From an uncultured Bacteroidales bacterium (GTDB lineage: Bacteria > Bacteroidota > Bacteroidia > Bacteroidales > Paludibacteraceae): DNA of 64,000 bases. Positions 52,567 through 62,469 of the stretch are shown here, piece after piece. Position numbers and translations under genes: made by a program. Numbering within the stretch: position 1 is the stretch's first letter; each line of letters begins with the position of its first letter. The notes under the pieces were generated by a model. The model was not told the DNA's origin, did not search any database, and was given only the letters and a program-made list of their open reading frames with translations. The DNA lies in contig CACWZZ010000016.1 of NCBI GenBank assembly GCA_902765485.1, positions 41,991 to 105,990 on the forward strand, written 5' to 3'.

Positions 52567-53546
52567 AGCACGCTCATGACCACTTCGCCGACTGCCTGAA
52601 GGGTCGAGCGGGAGATATTGGACATATCGTCGTTGCGCGTATGCCACCAGTGCGGGAAGCCCGTCGCATTGCGGATGTCATAATGAATCACATCCACGCA
52701 CGGAATACCGGCGATATAATTGATGTAATAATGGTCGTCCGTGATAGGGTACGACTGCTGGTTGGAGAACATCGCGCCGTAACCCAGCTGCTGCGCCGAA
52801 CGCCAGATCTGCTGCTGGTAATTCTGCGCGTAATTGGTGGAATACATCTCCAGCGGGAAGACCGCATCGGGCGCTCCGACCATGTCCAGAACAATACCGA
52901 ATGAATAACTGACAGCTGATGGCTGACGGCTGTAATTGGTAGCCCATAACTGCGAACCGAGACACCAGGTGTCTTCGCGCTCTGCACCGGTATAAACACG
53001 CGGCGTGCCCATATCCTCGCAGTCAAAGAAGATAATATCCACCGGAGTGGTGAAAGTCGAATCCGCTATCTTCATGCCTAATTGGCGCGCCACCTCCAGC
53101 AGCACAGCTACACCCGAAGCACCGTCATTGGCTCCTGGGACATTATAAAAACGATCGTTGTAATCCTCTTCCTCGTCGCACCAAGGACGCGTGTCGTAAT
53201 GTGCACCTAATAATATACGCGGGCGCGTAGCCGTCTCGGGCGTATAGAAATGCCCGATGATATTATAGATCTGCTGGCTCTCTCCGCGGTAATCAGGCAT
53301 GAATCCTTTTTGCAACTCCACCTCTGCGCCGCAAGCTCTCAACTGCTCGATCAGCCACACTGCACATTGCATGTGAGCCGCTCCGTTCGGTACGCGCGGA
53401 CCGAAAGAAAGCTGTTTCTCGACATACGCGTATGCACTGTCGGACGAGAAAGACGGACGGGACACAACGGCTTGCTTTTTGCCGCAAGCAGACAAGAGGC
53501 AGGCAATGCCTGCCACCAGTCCTATGATATATACTTTACCTTTCAA
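52563..53546 (-). CDS. M28-family peptidase / glutaminyl-cyclase-like lipoprotein
   Basis: Lipobox LSAC; GAHYDTR, GANDGASGVA, FFDCED motifs. Confidence 0.8.
   Translation of the reverse strand: MKGKVYIIGLVAGIACLLSACGKKQAVVSRPSFSSDSAYAYVEKQLSFGPRVPNGAAHMQCAVWLIEQLRACGAEVELQKGFMPDYRGESQQIYNIIGHFYTPETATRPRILLGAHYDTRPWCDEEEDYNDRFYNVPGANDGASGVAVLLEVARQLGMKIADSTFTTPVDIIFFDCEDMGTPRVYTGAEREDTWCLGSQLWATNYSRQPSAVSYSFGIVLDMVGAPDAVFPLEMYSTNYAQNYQQQIWRSAQQLGYGAMFSNQQSYPITDDHYYINYIAGIPCVDVIHYDIRNATGFPHWWHTRNDDMSNISRSTLQAVGEVVMSVL
52909..52932. repeat. GCTGANN-type heptamer run in-frame in the M28 CDS
   Basis: CTGACAGCTGATGGCTGACGGCTG; encodes RQPSAVS. Confidence 0.55.
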
Positions 53547-53571
53547 TTTTGAATTTTAAATTTTTAATTTC

Positions 53572-54531
53572 TTACCGTACATTGGTTTCGCTAACAGAGG
53601 TGTGATTTTGAATTGCACGGATGGTGTGAGCGATCGACGAAGCAAGAGAAACGATATGCAACTTGGAGCATTTCGCCGTGTCGATCGGCAGCGAATCGGT
53701 ACATACCAACTCCTCCAGCGGACTATCCTCTATTTTCTCACATGCATTGCCGCTGAGCACACCGTGGGTAACTACCGCGCGAACAGATTTCGCACCTCCT
53801 GCCACCATCACTTCGGCTGCTTTGCACAACGTACCGGCCGTGTCCGCGATGTCGTCAAAAATGACTACATCTTTACCATATATATCACCCAACACACGAA
53901 TCTCGGACACTTTGTTGAAATCCGGACGGTTCTTATAACAAATCACCATCGGCACTTCGCGATCGGTCAGCACGTGCAGTTTCTTCGCAAAATTAGATGC
54001 GCGTTTCGAACCACCCACGTCCGGAGACGCAACAATCAGTTTCTTCAGGTTCATCCCTGCCACATACGGAGCCAGCACATTCGAGCCGTAGATATGGTCC
54101 ACAGGAATATCAAAGAATCCCTGAATCTGGTCGGCATGCAGATCAACGGTGATCACACGGTCTGCGCCTGCCGTCTGCAGCATGTTCGCTACCAGCTTGG
54201 CGCCGATGGACACACGCGGTTTGTCCTTGCGGTCCTGACGTGCCCAACCGAAATAAGGAATCACAGCCACCACCTTGTACGCACTGGCACGCTTCGCCGC
54301 ATCGATCATCAGCAGCAACTCCATCAGATTGTCGCTGGAAGGACAAGTGGGTTGCACCAAATAAACCGACTGACCGCGGACGGACTCCTCAAAATAGGTA
54401 CAGAACTCTCCATCCGAGAAACGATCCAGATGGATTTTACCGAGCTGGCACCCCAGTTCGTCGCAAATACCGCGGGCAAGACTCTCACCCTTGGAACCTG
54501 CAAAGATTTTAAACTGATTAGACTCTTCCAT
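53572..54531 (-). CDS. prs: ribose-phosphate pyrophosphokinase
   Basis: RFSDGE, YFGWARQDRK, VVIFDDIADTAGT motifs. Confidence 0.9.
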   Translation of the reverse strand: MEESNQFKIFAGSKGESLARGICDELGCQLGKIHLDRFSDGEFCTYFEESVRGQSVYLVQPTCPSSDNLMELLLMIDAAKRASAYKVVAVIPYFGWARQDRKDKPRVSIGAKLVANMLQTAGADRVITVDLHADQIQGFFDIPVDHIYGSNVLAPYVAGMNLKKLIVASPDVGGSKRASNFAKKLHVLTDREVPMVICYKNRPDFNKVSEIRVLGDIYGKDVVIFDDIADTAGTLCKAAEVMVAGGAKSVRAVVTHGVLSGNACEKIEDSPLEELVCTDSLPIDTAKCSKLHIVSLASSIAHTIRAIQNHTSVSETNVR

Positions 54532-54826
54532 TTCTTCTCTTGGGTTGCGTATTTTCTGCCGGATTCATTAGCGCCATAAAGGCTGGCGAGTCGCAGGTCA
54601 GTTTGCCGTTCGAAAGGCGAATAATATCCTCGCGAACACGCGCTATACCCGATTCCTGATCCTTATTCCACACCATATTGCGCTGCCGCATGCAGAGAGC
54701 GATATAAATCTCCAATGCCTCACGGTCGCCACCCGCCGGCAGCGAAGATGCGTAAGCCACCATGTCCTGTACGATACGACCGTAATTGCGCATCCGGATA
54801 GGAGCTGAGTTTCGATTTAGTTCCAT
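54518..54826 (-). CDS. DUF4290-like protein
   Basis: RNYGRIVQDMV pattern; TAATG stop/start overlap with the upstream gene supports the 54826 start. Confidence 0.6.
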   Translation of the reverse strand: MELNRNSAPIRMRNYGRIVQDMVAYASSLPAGGDREALEIYIALCMRQRNMVWNKDQESGIARVREDIIRLSNGKLTCDSPAFMALMNPAENTQPKRRNGRV

Positions 54827-55887
54827 TATTTTTGTCGAATTAGATAAATCATTGTGGGATAGTGGTCTCCATAACCGTTCTGCCATACACCACCTTTGGT
54901 CGTACGTAACGGTGTGCCTTTGTCCTTCCCTTCCTGTACAGTCAGGAACGGCTTATTGAAGATCTGAGCCTTCCAATAAGTCCATTTGCCGGACTCCAAC
55001 TTCTCGTTCATCAGCGGCTCGTTGATAATGATCTGGTCAAACAGGTTCCACGAACCGTTGTATGCCAGCGAACCGATTCCGCGGTCCAGCATCTGCCACA
55101 TCGTATTGAAATAGCCTTGCGGCTCCACTTCCTCGCGATACTTGCGAGCTTTCAGCACATCCTTGCAGGAATGGTTATACGGATCGTCATTCAGGTCACC
55201 CATAATCACAATCTTCGCTTTCGGCTCTTTCAAATAGATAGAATCGCAGATCGACTTGCACAGCATAGCGGCTGTGTCACGCCCCGGACGGGAAGATAAC
55301 TCTCCGCCGTAACGGCTCGGCCAGTGGTTAACGATCACATGGATCTTCTCCGGCTTGCCTTCACCCATCAGATAACCCGACACGCACAGCTGCAAACGGG
55401 TCTTGATCTCTCCGCCGTCCGCATAATGGGCTTTCAACTCAAACCCATTTACTTTAGAAGGCTTGAACAGAACCGAGTCATACAGGAATCCCACATCCAC
55501 ACCACGGCGGTCGGGACCTTCTAACAAGATCGGTTTCAGTCTCCGGCCGTACTTGCTGTTCGCCTCCGCACAGAGGTCATACAGACACCCTATATTCTCC
55601 ACCTCGGCTACACCGACGCACGTTGCACCGCGAGGATCGATATCGGTTCCTAACTGAGACACGGCGTAAGCCATGTTCTTGACCTTGTTCTCATATTTGA
55701 GAGAAGTCCATTTCATTCCGCCGTCCGGCAGATACTCGTAGTCATTCTTACCCTCGTCATGAATGGTGTCGAAGAGGTTCTCCAGGTTGTAGAAAGCAAT
55801 ACAGCGAACCATCTGTCCCTCATCTGCGAAAGCTCGGGCGGAAACAAGCATCAACAATGCAGCCACCCAAAGAAGTGTGCGTTTCAT
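54826..55887 (-). CDS. endonuclease/exonuclease/phosphatase family protein (secreted)
   Basis: Signal peptide; FYNLENLFD; NHWPSR; GDLND motifs. Confidence 0.75.
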   Translation of the reverse strand: MKRTLLWVAALLMLVSARAFADEGQMVRCIAFYNLENLFDTIHDEGKNDYEYLPDGGMKWTSLKYENKVKNMAYAVSQLGTDIDPRGATCVGVAEVENIGCLYDLCAEANSKYGRRLKPILLEGPDRRGVDVGFLYDSVLFKPSKVNGFELKAHYADGGEIKTRLQLCVSGYLMGEGKPEKIHVIVNHWPSRYGGELSSRPGRDTAAMLCKSICDSIYLKEPKAKIVIMGDLNDDPYNHSCKDVLKARKYREEVEPQGYFNTMWQMLDRGIGSLAYNGSWNLFDQIIINEPLMNEKLESGKWTYWKAQIFNKPFLTVQEGKDKGTPLRTTKGGVWQNGYGDHYPTMIYLIRQK

Positions 55888-55922
55888 AGAATATATTTTT
55901 TAGTTATTTTCAAAATCCGCCA

Positions 55923-55930
55923 CAAAGGTA
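55923..55930 (-). promoter_or_regulatory. -7 promoter box (TACCTTTG on minus strand)
   Basis: 36 nt upstream of 55887. Confidence 0.55.
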
Positions 55931-56003
55931 CTGCTTTTTTTTAATATACACAATATTTTCAAGAAAATTTTACTAATTTCTTGCGTATTCCAAAAAAATG
56001 TAG

Positions 56004-56011
56004 TACCTTTG
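56004..56011 (+). promoter_or_regulatory. -7 promoter box (TACCTTTG)
   Basis: 21 nt upstream of the tRNA 5' end. Confidence 0.55.
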
Positions 56012-56031
56012 CACCCGATTTCCTGGTGAAA

Positions 56032-56117
56032 GCCGCGATGTTGGAATAGGTAGACAAGAAAGACTTAAAATCTTTTGCCCAGTGATGGGCGTGCCGGTTC
56101 GACCCCGGCTCGCGGTA
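56032..56117 (+). tRNA. tRNA-Leu (anticodon TAA), type II with long variable arm; CCA not encoded
   Basis: Hand fold. Acceptor GCCGCGA/TCGCGGT; D-loop GGAATAGGTAGA; anticodon stem AAAGA/TCTTT with loop CTTAAAA; variable arm GCCCA-GTGA-TGGGC; T-arm GCCGG-TTCGACC-CCGGC. Confidence 0.85.
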
Positions 56118-56173
56118 CCGAGCGGGGTATGACACACGTCATAACCCGCTTTTTGTTTGAAAAACAACACAAT

Positions 56174-57277
56174 ATGAAACGTATTCCTTTTTTATGTATT
56201 GCTGTCAGTCTCATTCTGACGAGTTGCTACCACTCCACCGACACCGCCCGAGGATCATGGGCGAAAGGAGGAGACCTTAGTTGGCTGAGCGAAATGGAGC
56301 ACGACTCCGTCCTCTTCCGAGACGAAACAGGAGCCGAACGCGAGTGCATGCAGCTGCTCCGCGAAGCAGGCATGAACGCCGTACGTCTCCGTGTCTGGGT
56401 AAACCACTCCACCGGATGGAGCAACAAAGAGGACATGCTCACCCTCGCTACTCGTGCCGCCAAACAGGGACTCCGACTCATGATCGATATCCATTATTCG
56501 GATTTCTTCGCCGACCCGCAGCATCAGACGATCCCCGCGGCTTGGCAGAACTACGACTACGACCAACTCTGCGAAGCCGTGCGCGAACACACACTCGACG
56601 TACTCTATGCGCTCAAGGAAAAAGGAATCAAACCCGAATGGGTACAAATAGGAAACGAGACCCCGAACGGAATGCTTTGGCCTGTTGGGCAACTGGTGTT
56701 CGAAGACAACAACGCCAACGGCTGCTGGGACCGCTACGCGGGATTTACAGCCGTCGGATACAAAGCCGCCAAAGAAGCCTTCCCGGACATTCAGGTCATC
56801 GTGCATGTGGACAACGCCTATATGTACCGCGACTGGTTCTGGCGCGCTATGAAAGAACATGGCGGTCTCTGGGACATGATCGGACTCTCACACTACCCGA
56901 TGATGGAAGCGTGGTGCCATAAGTCATGGCCCGAAATGAACGACCTTGCGGAGACCAACGTCCGCCAGCTGATCCGCGAATTCCATTGCCCGGTAATGAT
57001 CAGCGAAGTGGGTATGATGAATTACGGCGAAGGACCGATCTACGACAGCATCGAAACACTCTCCAATACTGTCATGGCCGATTTCGTGCAACGAATGGAG
57101 CGAATCGACTCCTGCATGGGTATCTTCTATTGGGAACCCGAAGTCTATGGTGGCTGGCGGCCGGCGGAATACATCCCTCTCGGATGGGGGGGATACGACA
57201 TGGGATCGTTCACGCCCGAAGGCAAACCCTCCAAAGCCTTCCGCACGCTCCTCAACAGCCAAAGCGAGTATAATTGA
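56174..57277 (+). CDS. GH53 arabinogalactan endo-beta-1,4-galactanase lipoprotein
   Basis: Lipobox LTSC; GGDLSW, RLRVWVN, IGNETPNG, ISEVG motifs; the longer ORF-track model overlaps the tRNA. Confidence 0.85.
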   Translation: MKRIPFLCIAVSLILTSCYHSTDTARGSWAKGGDLSWLSEMEHDSVLFRDETGAERECMQLLREAGMNAVRLRVWVNHSTGWSNKEDMLTLATRAAKQGLRLMIDIHYSDFFADPQHQTIPAAWQNYDYDQLCEAVREHTLDVLYALKEKGIKPEWVQIGNETPNGMLWPVGQLVFEDNNANGCWDRYAGFTAVGYKAAKEAFPDIQVIVHVDNAYMYRDWFWRAMKEHGGLWDMIGLSHYPMMEAWCHKSWPEMNDLAETNVRQLIREFHCPVMISEVGMMNYGEGPIYDSIETLSNTVMADFVQRMERIDSCMGIFYWEPEVYGGWRPAEYIPLGWGGYDMGSFTPEGKPSKAFRTLLNSQSEYN

Positions 57278-57305
57278 CCTACAAACTACAAAACCACCAA
57301 TAATT

Positions 57306-58004
57306 ATGTATTACACTATGATCGCAGCCGCTGTGCTGCCTGCCATCTTCTTAGGGCTGTATATCTGGCGCAAAGACCCGAATCCGGAACCATTCAGCTG
57401 GCTCTTCCGCGCTTTCCTCGCCGGAGTATTCATCTGCCTTCCCGTTGCGTCTATTGAGCAATATATCAGCTATTTGCTCTTCGGAGAAGGAAACCCCACC
57501 ACCCTTTTCGGCTCTACTACGATGGCGTTTTTCGTTGCTGCCGCTCCGGAAGAAGGAGCCAAACTGCTGGCGCTCTGGCTGCTGTTAAGAAAAAACCCGC
57601 ATTTCGACGAAGACTTCGACTGCATCGTCTATTCCGTCTTTATCAGCCTGGGTTTTGCTACGCTGGAGAACATCGGATACGTGCTCATGAGCGGAGAAGC
57701 TTGGATGGGCACAGCAATTATGCGGGCGCTACTCGCTGTCCCGGGACACTATGCCTTCGCTATTATGATGGGATATTACTACGCTATCTACCATTTCGTG
57801 GATCCCTCTCCCAAGAATGCAGCCAAAGTGTTCCTCGTCCCCTTCATAGCACACGGCGTATATGATGCCATCGCCATGAGCGGAGACGTCAACCCTATTG
57901 CCGCATCTGTTTGCACACTGGTGCTGATATATTTCTGTATCAAACTGCAACGCGAAGCGAGCCGCAAAGTAAGTCATCTGATCAGCATCAATAAACAGAG
58001 GTGA
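57306..58004 (+). CDS. PrsW-family intramembrane metalloprotease
   Basis: APEEGAKLL and GFATLENIGY motifs; multi-TM. Confidence 0.8.
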   Translation: MYYTMIAAAVLPAIFLGLYIWRKDPNPEPFSWLFRAFLAGVFICLPVASIEQYISYLLFGEGNPTTLFGSTTMAFFVAAAPEEGAKLLALWLLLRKNPHFDEDFDCIVYSVFISLGFATLENIGYVLMSGEAWMGTAIMRALLAVPGHYAFAIMMGYYYAIYHFVDPSPKNAAKVFLVPFIAHGVYDAIAMSGDVNPIAASVCTLVLIYFCIKLQREASRKVSHLISINKQR

Positions 58005-58759
58005 TCAAAACGCCGGAACAAATAGCATTGGAGAAACAGCGCGAGCGGCTCACCAAACGCTTTCACAAAGCTTGTGCAGACTATGGGCTGATTGCCGACG
58101 GCGACCATATACTGATCGGTCTCAGCGGAGGAAAAGACTCTCTTCTGCTGACCGAATTACTGGGTCGCCGCGCACAGATCTATGTTCCGCGATTCAAAGT
58201 AACAGCCCTTCATGTGCGCGTCAGAGAGCGGGATTACCACACCGACCTCAGTTACCTGCAGTCCTTCTGCGACGAAGCGAAAGTGCCGCTCCTCGTAAGA
58301 GACGTTGAAATTTCCTCTCCCCGAAACGAGTCTCACTCTTCTCCTTGTTTTCTCTGCTCATGGTTTCGACGCAAAGAACTCTTCAACGTGGCGCAAGAGA
58401 TCGGCTGCAACAAGATCGCTTTCGGACACCACCGCGACGACATAGCCCAGACGTTGCTCATGAACCTCATCTTCCAAGGCGCATTTGCCACCATGCCGCC
58501 TATGCTGCAGATGGACAAGATGCCGCTCCAACTCATCCGGCCGCTATGTCTCATTGACGAAGCGGACATCATCTCCTATGCCGCTATGCGCAGCTACCGG
58601 AAGCAGACCAAACTATGTCCGTTCGAACATGTCAGTTCGCGCGAGAAAGTCAAAACGCTGCTCGACCAAATCAAAGCACTCAATCCCGAAGCGCTCGACT
58701 CGATCTACGGCGCTTTGACCAACATCAAAACGGACTACCTTCCGAACTGTAAATTGTAA
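58001..58759 (+). CDS. PP-loop ATPase (TtcA-like tRNA thiolation enzyme)
   Basis: LSGGKDS PP-loop; CxxC pairs; GTG start overlapping the previous stop. Confidence 0.8.
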   Translation: MIKTPEQIALEKQRERLTKRFHKACADYGLIADGDHILIGLSGGKDSLLLTELLGRRAQIYVPRFKVTALHVRVRERDYHTDLSYLQSFCDEAKVPLLVRDVEISSPRNESHSSPCFLCSWFRRKELFNVAQEIGCNKIAFGHHRDDIAQTLLMNLIFQGAFATMPPMLQMDKMPLQLIRPLCLIDEADIISYAAMRSYRKQTKLCPFEHVSSREKVKTLLDQIKALNPEALDSIYGALTNIKTDYLPNCKL

Positions 58760-58818
58760 ATCTTCAAATCCTCAAATCCTCAAATCATCAAATCCTCAAA
58801 TCATCAAATCATCAAATC
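58755..58818. repeat. 8 x 8-bp tandem word array (TCAAATCN)
   Basis: Starts inside the TtcA-like stop codon region and ends 5 nt before the next ATG. Confidence 0.9.
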
Positions 58819-58823
58819 TCTTT

Positions 58824-59195
58824 ATGAACGCATTATACACCATTCTCCTTCTCCTCGCGTCCAATGTATTTATGACGCTTGCCTGGTATGGCCACCTCAA
58901 ACTCCAACAAACAGGTTTCTTCACCAACGCCACACCGCTGATTTTCGTCATTCTCCTCTCGTGGGGAATAGCTTTCTTCGAATACTGTCTCCAAGTGCCC
59001 GCAAACCGCATAGGGTTTGAGGGGAACGGCGGTCCGTTCTCCTTAATGCAACTCAAAGTGATTCAGGAAGTAATCACGCTGATGGTCTTTGTGCTCTTCT
59101 CCGCAGTAGCATTCCACATGCCCCTGCGCTGGAACCATTTCGTAGCCTGCCTGTTCCTAATCGCCGCAGTCTATTTCGTCTTCGGCTTCAAATAA
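58824..59195 (+). CDS. DMT-superfamily small membrane protein (DUF486-like)
   Basis: FMTLAWYGHLK motif; 4 TM; 123 aa. Confidence 0.8.
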   Translation: MNALYTILLLLASNVFMTLAWYGHLKLQQTGFFTNATPLIFVILLSWGIAFFEYCLQVPANRIGFEGNGGPFSLMQLKVIQEVITLMVFVLFSAVAFHMPLRWNHFVACLFLIAAVYFVFGFK

Positions 59196-59228
59196 GCTGT
59201 CAGCCTTCAGCATTCAGCTATCAGTCTC
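59196..59228. repeat. GCTGANN-type heptamer array covering the Sir2 C-terminus
   Basis: Minus strand reads CTGATA GCTGAAT GCTGAAG GCTGACA; encodes ..LIAEC*. Confidence 0.65.
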
Positions 59229-59905
59229 TCAACCAACTCCGGCACACCCTCGGTGGCTTTTTTCCGTATATGCGTGATACGGTCTGCCCACATACCAAAC
59301 TCCGGCTGACCGGGATCTACAAAATAAATCGGACAATTCTTCGGCGCATAGTGAATTAAAGAAGCCGCAGGATAAACATTCAGACTCGTTCCCACAACGA
59401 CCATGATATCTGCTTCCGATGCGATACGACAGGCTTCGTCGAAATAAGGGACACCTTCTCCAAAAAACACAATATACGGTCGCAACAGCGATCCATCCGG
59501 ATGACGATCGCCGTAATGTTGCTCCCATCCCTCCAAAGGAACCGTAGCCGTCTCATTATTCTCCGAACGTAACTTCGTGATCTCCCCATGCAAATGCACT
59601 ACGTCCGTTGCTCCCGCGCGCTCATGCAGATCGTCTATATTCTGCGTAATGATCCGTGTTCCAGGCACAGCCTGCTGCAACTTCGCTATCGCTATATGCG
59701 CCGCATTAGGCTTCGCCGCCAGCGCGTCCTTACGCCGCGCATTATAGAAATCGACACACAGCTGCGGATTGCGAAGCCATGCCTCGTGCGTACACACATC
59801 CTCGATGCGGTATTTCTCCCATAACCCGTCCGAGTCCCTGAACGTACCCAGACCACTCTCGGCGCTCACTCCGGCTCCGGTGAAAACAACGATCTTCTTA
59901 CTCAT
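59207..59905 (-). CDS. cobB: NAD-dependent protein deacylase (Sir2 family)
   Basis: FTGAGVSAESGLGTFR, QNIDDLHE, HG motifs. Confidence 0.85.
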   Translation of the reverse strand: MSKKIVVFTGAGVSAESGLGTFRDSDGLWEKYRIEDVCTHEAWLRNPQLCVDFYNARRKDALAAKPNAAHIAIAKLQQAVPGTRIITQNIDDLHERAGATDVVHLHGEITKLRSENNETATVPLEGWEQHYGDRHPDGSLLRPYIVFFGEGVPYFDEACRIASEADIMVVVGTSLNVYPAASLIHYAPKNCPIYFVDPGQPEFGMWADRITHIRKKATEGVPELVERLIAEC

Positions 59906-59940
59906 AGTATTTATTAACTTTCAACTAGACGACTTCTTTC

Positions 59941-59968
59941 AACTTTCAACTTTCAACTTTCAACTCTC
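59941..59968. repeat. 4 x 7-bp tandem word array (AACTTTC), plus an isolated copy at 59916-59922
   Basis: Contains the stop and last codons (VES*) of the NlpC/P60 gene; lies upstream of the Sir2 start. Confidence 0.85.
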
Positions 59969-60786
59969 CTAATTGCTACTAAATGATGCGAATATGACCC
60001 CGTCTCAGCGTTAAAAATACCGTTGAAATCGAGCTTTTCTACTTTCACGCGCCCAGAGCAATGGATCACCCGCTCGCTATCTATCGCAACCCCCACATGG
60101 CTGATTTTTCCATCCTCATGATCGAAGAAAACCAAATCACCTGCCTTCACATGCTTGAGATCGGAAATCTTCCTGCCTTGCGTTGCTTGCTCACTTGCAT
60201 TACGCTTCAACTCCTTGCCGAAAAGACTCATGACGACCTGCGTAAACCCGGAGCAGTCCATTCCCATCGCATTCTTGCCGCCCCACAGATACGGAATATT
60301 GAGAAAGAAACGTACTGCCTGAAGCAGATTTTGTTCGTTCAAATCGAGACTTTTTGCTATTACCATACCGGGATCGATACGAAAACCGACACCCAGCACT
60401 TCAAACCGCCCGATCTTTATCTCCCTCCCTTGAGCGGAGGGCTGGGGAGAGGTTATAGTATACTTCGCGAGCCTTGTTCCGGCGGTCAGAGGAATGGTCT
60501 GTCCGTTGTTCTCACTCACGGCGTACACCATCGGCATTGCCACTATAGCGGAGGAACCGGTATATGCCTCGTGATAAGACTTATACTCCGCTGGAGACAT
60601 CTTCGTTACCATCTTGGCATCGACCCATCCTTCCTGTCCGTCAATGTGCAATTTCACCCGATTCCATCGGTCTTTTTCTTCCAGCACATCGAATGTCTCG
60701 CCGAACAGAATCTGGGTATTCTGCTCCGCTCCCTCGCTTGCCTCCGCCCGCACAGGAATGACACTATATAACGAAATCGCCTTCAA
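59953..60786 (-). CDS. NlpC/P60 (C40) peptidase with N-terminal SH3-like domains
   Basis: GMDCSGF catalytic Cys, HVGV His; apparent TTG start. Confidence 0.8.
   Translation of the reverse strand: MKAISLYSVIPVRAEASEGAEQNTQILFGETFDVLEEKDRWNRVKLHIDGQEGWVDAKMVTKMSPAEYKSYHEAYTGSSAIVAMPMVYAVSENNGQTIPLTAGTRLAKYTITSPQPSAQGREIKIGRFEVLGVGFRIDPGMVIAKSLDLNEQNLLQAVRFFLNIPYLWGGKNAMGMDCSGFTQVVMSLFGKELKRNASEQATQGRKISDLKHVKAGDLVFFDHEDGKISHVGVAIDSERVIHCSGRVKVEKLDFNGIFNAETGSYSHHLVAIRRVES
60421..60454. repeat. GC-rich hairpin mini-element, copy d (in-frame in the NlpC/P60 gene)
   Basis: Reverse complement AACCTCTCCCCAGCCCTCCGCTCAAGGGAGGGAG is 31/34 identical to 23078-23111; encodes TSPQPSAQGRE. Confidence 0.8.
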
Positions 60787-60855
60787 TGCTCAATTCTCAA
60801 AATTTGACTTGTCAAATAATCGTGCCCTTCGGGCTAAGAATTCTCAACTCTCAAT

Positions 60856-62457
60856 TTACCACACCTCTTGGGGGTGTTCGTTGTTCGTTTTGGGGTAGTC
60901 AATCGAGTAATGCAGACCACGGCTCTCTTTGCGCTCTATCGCCTGACGGGTGATCAGATAGCCCACATTGATCATATTGCGCAACTCGCAAATCTCCTTG
61001 GTCGCCTTCACGCGCTTGAACAGATCCTCGGTCTCTTCATACAGCACATCGAGCCTCTCCCACGCGCGACGCAGACGCACGTCCGAACGCACAATACCGA
61101 CGTATGTGGACATGATCTGTCCCACTTCTTTGACGTCCTGTGCAATCAAAACGCGCTCCTCAATACTCATTGTACCCTCATCGTTCCATGCAGGAATTTT
61201 CTCGTTGAAATCGTAGTTTTCTATCACAGATAGACTATGTTTGGCTGCCGCATCGGCATATACTACCGCCTCAATGAGCGAGTTGGACGCCAAGCGGTTT
61301 CCGCCATGCAGACCCGTGCATGAACATTCGCCTACTGCATACAGCCGACGGATAGATGATTGACCATCCAGATCCACCTTGATACCGCCGCACATATAGT
61401 GCGCACACGGAGCTACCGGGATGTAGTCCTTGGTGATGTCAATGCCTATCGAGAGACACTTGGCATAGATATTGGGGAAATGGTGTTTGGTCTCCTCCGG
61501 ATCCTTATGTGTCACGTCCAGACAGACATGGTCGATGGCATGAATCTTCATCTCGTTATCGATCGCGCGCGCCACAATATCACGCGGCGCAAGACTCAGA
61601 CGCGGATCGTATTTCTGCATAAACTCCTCGCCGTTCGGCAGCCTTAAAATACCTCCGTAACCGCGCATCGCTTCGGTGATCAGATACGCAGGATGGGTCT
61701 CGGCGGGATTGAACAGACTCGTCGGGTGGAACTGCACAAACTCCATATCCTTGACCTGCCCTTTCGCTCGATAAACCATCGCTATTCCGTCGCCCGTAGC
61801 GATCTCCGGATTAGTCGTCGTGGCATAGACAGCTCCCGTTCCGCCGGTCGCCATCAGCGTGATACGGCTCAGATACGTATCGATCTTCTGCGTCTCGGGA
61901 TTCAGGATATACGCGCCGTAGCACTCGATATCCGGTGTCCGTCTCGTCACACGCACACCCAGATGGTGCTGCGTAATGATCTCTACCGCAAAATGGTTCT
62001 CGAGCACTTCGATATACGGATTGTTGCGTACCGCCTCCATCAGTCCGCGCTGAATCTCAAAACCCGTGTCGTCCGCATGGTGCAGAATACGGAACTCCGA
62101 GTGGCCTCCTTCACGGTGAAGGTCAAACGAACCGTCGTCTTTCTTATCGAAATTAACGCCCCAGTTGACGAGTTCTTCTATTCCCCGCGGCGCATTGCGC
62201 ACCACTTGCTCCACTGCCGCCGGATCGCTCAGCCAGTCGCCGGCTACCATCGTGTCATGGATATGTTTGTCGAAATCATCCACCAACAAGTTGGTGACAG
62301 ATGCAATGCCGCCTTGCGCTTTCGCCGTATTGGCTTCATCCAGCGTCGTCTTGCAGCATAGGGCGATGCGGTATTTCTCCGTGCGGGCTACTTTGAGCGC
62401 AAAACTCATTCCCGCTACGCCGCCGCCGATAATTAAAAAATCGTATTTCTTTGTCAT
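60856..62457 (-). CDS. nadB: L-aspartate oxidase
   Basis: FLIIGGGVAGMS FAD fold, HYMCGGI, RGLHY motifs. Confidence 0.9.
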   Translation of the reverse strand: MTKKYDFLIIGGGVAGMSFALKVARTEKYRIALCCKTTLDEANTAKAQGGIASVTNLLVDDFDKHIHDTMVAGDWLSDPAAVEQVVRNAPRGIEELVNWGVNFDKKDDGSFDLHREGGHSEFRILHHADDTGFEIQRGLMEAVRNNPYIEVLENHFAVEIITQHHLGVRVTRRTPDIECYGAYILNPETQKIDTYLSRITLMATGGTGAVYATTTNPEIATGDGIAMVYRAKGQVKDMEFVQFHPTSLFNPAETHPAYLITEAMRGYGGILRLPNGEEFMQKYDPRLSLAPRDIVARAIDNEMKIHAIDHVCLDVTHKDPEETKHHFPNIYAKCLSIGIDITKDYIPVAPCAHYMCGGIKVDLDGQSSIRRLYAVGECSCTGLHGGNRLASNSLIEAVVYADAAAKHSLSVIENYDFNEKIPAWNDEGTMSIEERVLIAQDVKEVGQIMSTYVGIVRSDVRLRRAWERLDVLYEETEDLFKRVKATKEICELRNMINVGYLITRQAIERKESRGLHYSIDYPKTNNEHPQEVW

Positions 62458-62469
62458 AGTATATTTTTT

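Noticed and set aside
56075-56173. N-terminal extension of the GH53 ORF (MPSDGRAGSTPARG...)
   Set aside because: It overlaps the tRNA-Leu gene. A canonical lipoprotein signal peptide starts at the ATG at 56174.
60806-60834. Rho-independent terminator after nadB (GCCC-TTC-GGGC)
   Set aside because: The stem is only 4 bp and there is no U-tract, so it is too weak to annotate. The flanking TTGAGAATT repeats are noted under the word arrays.
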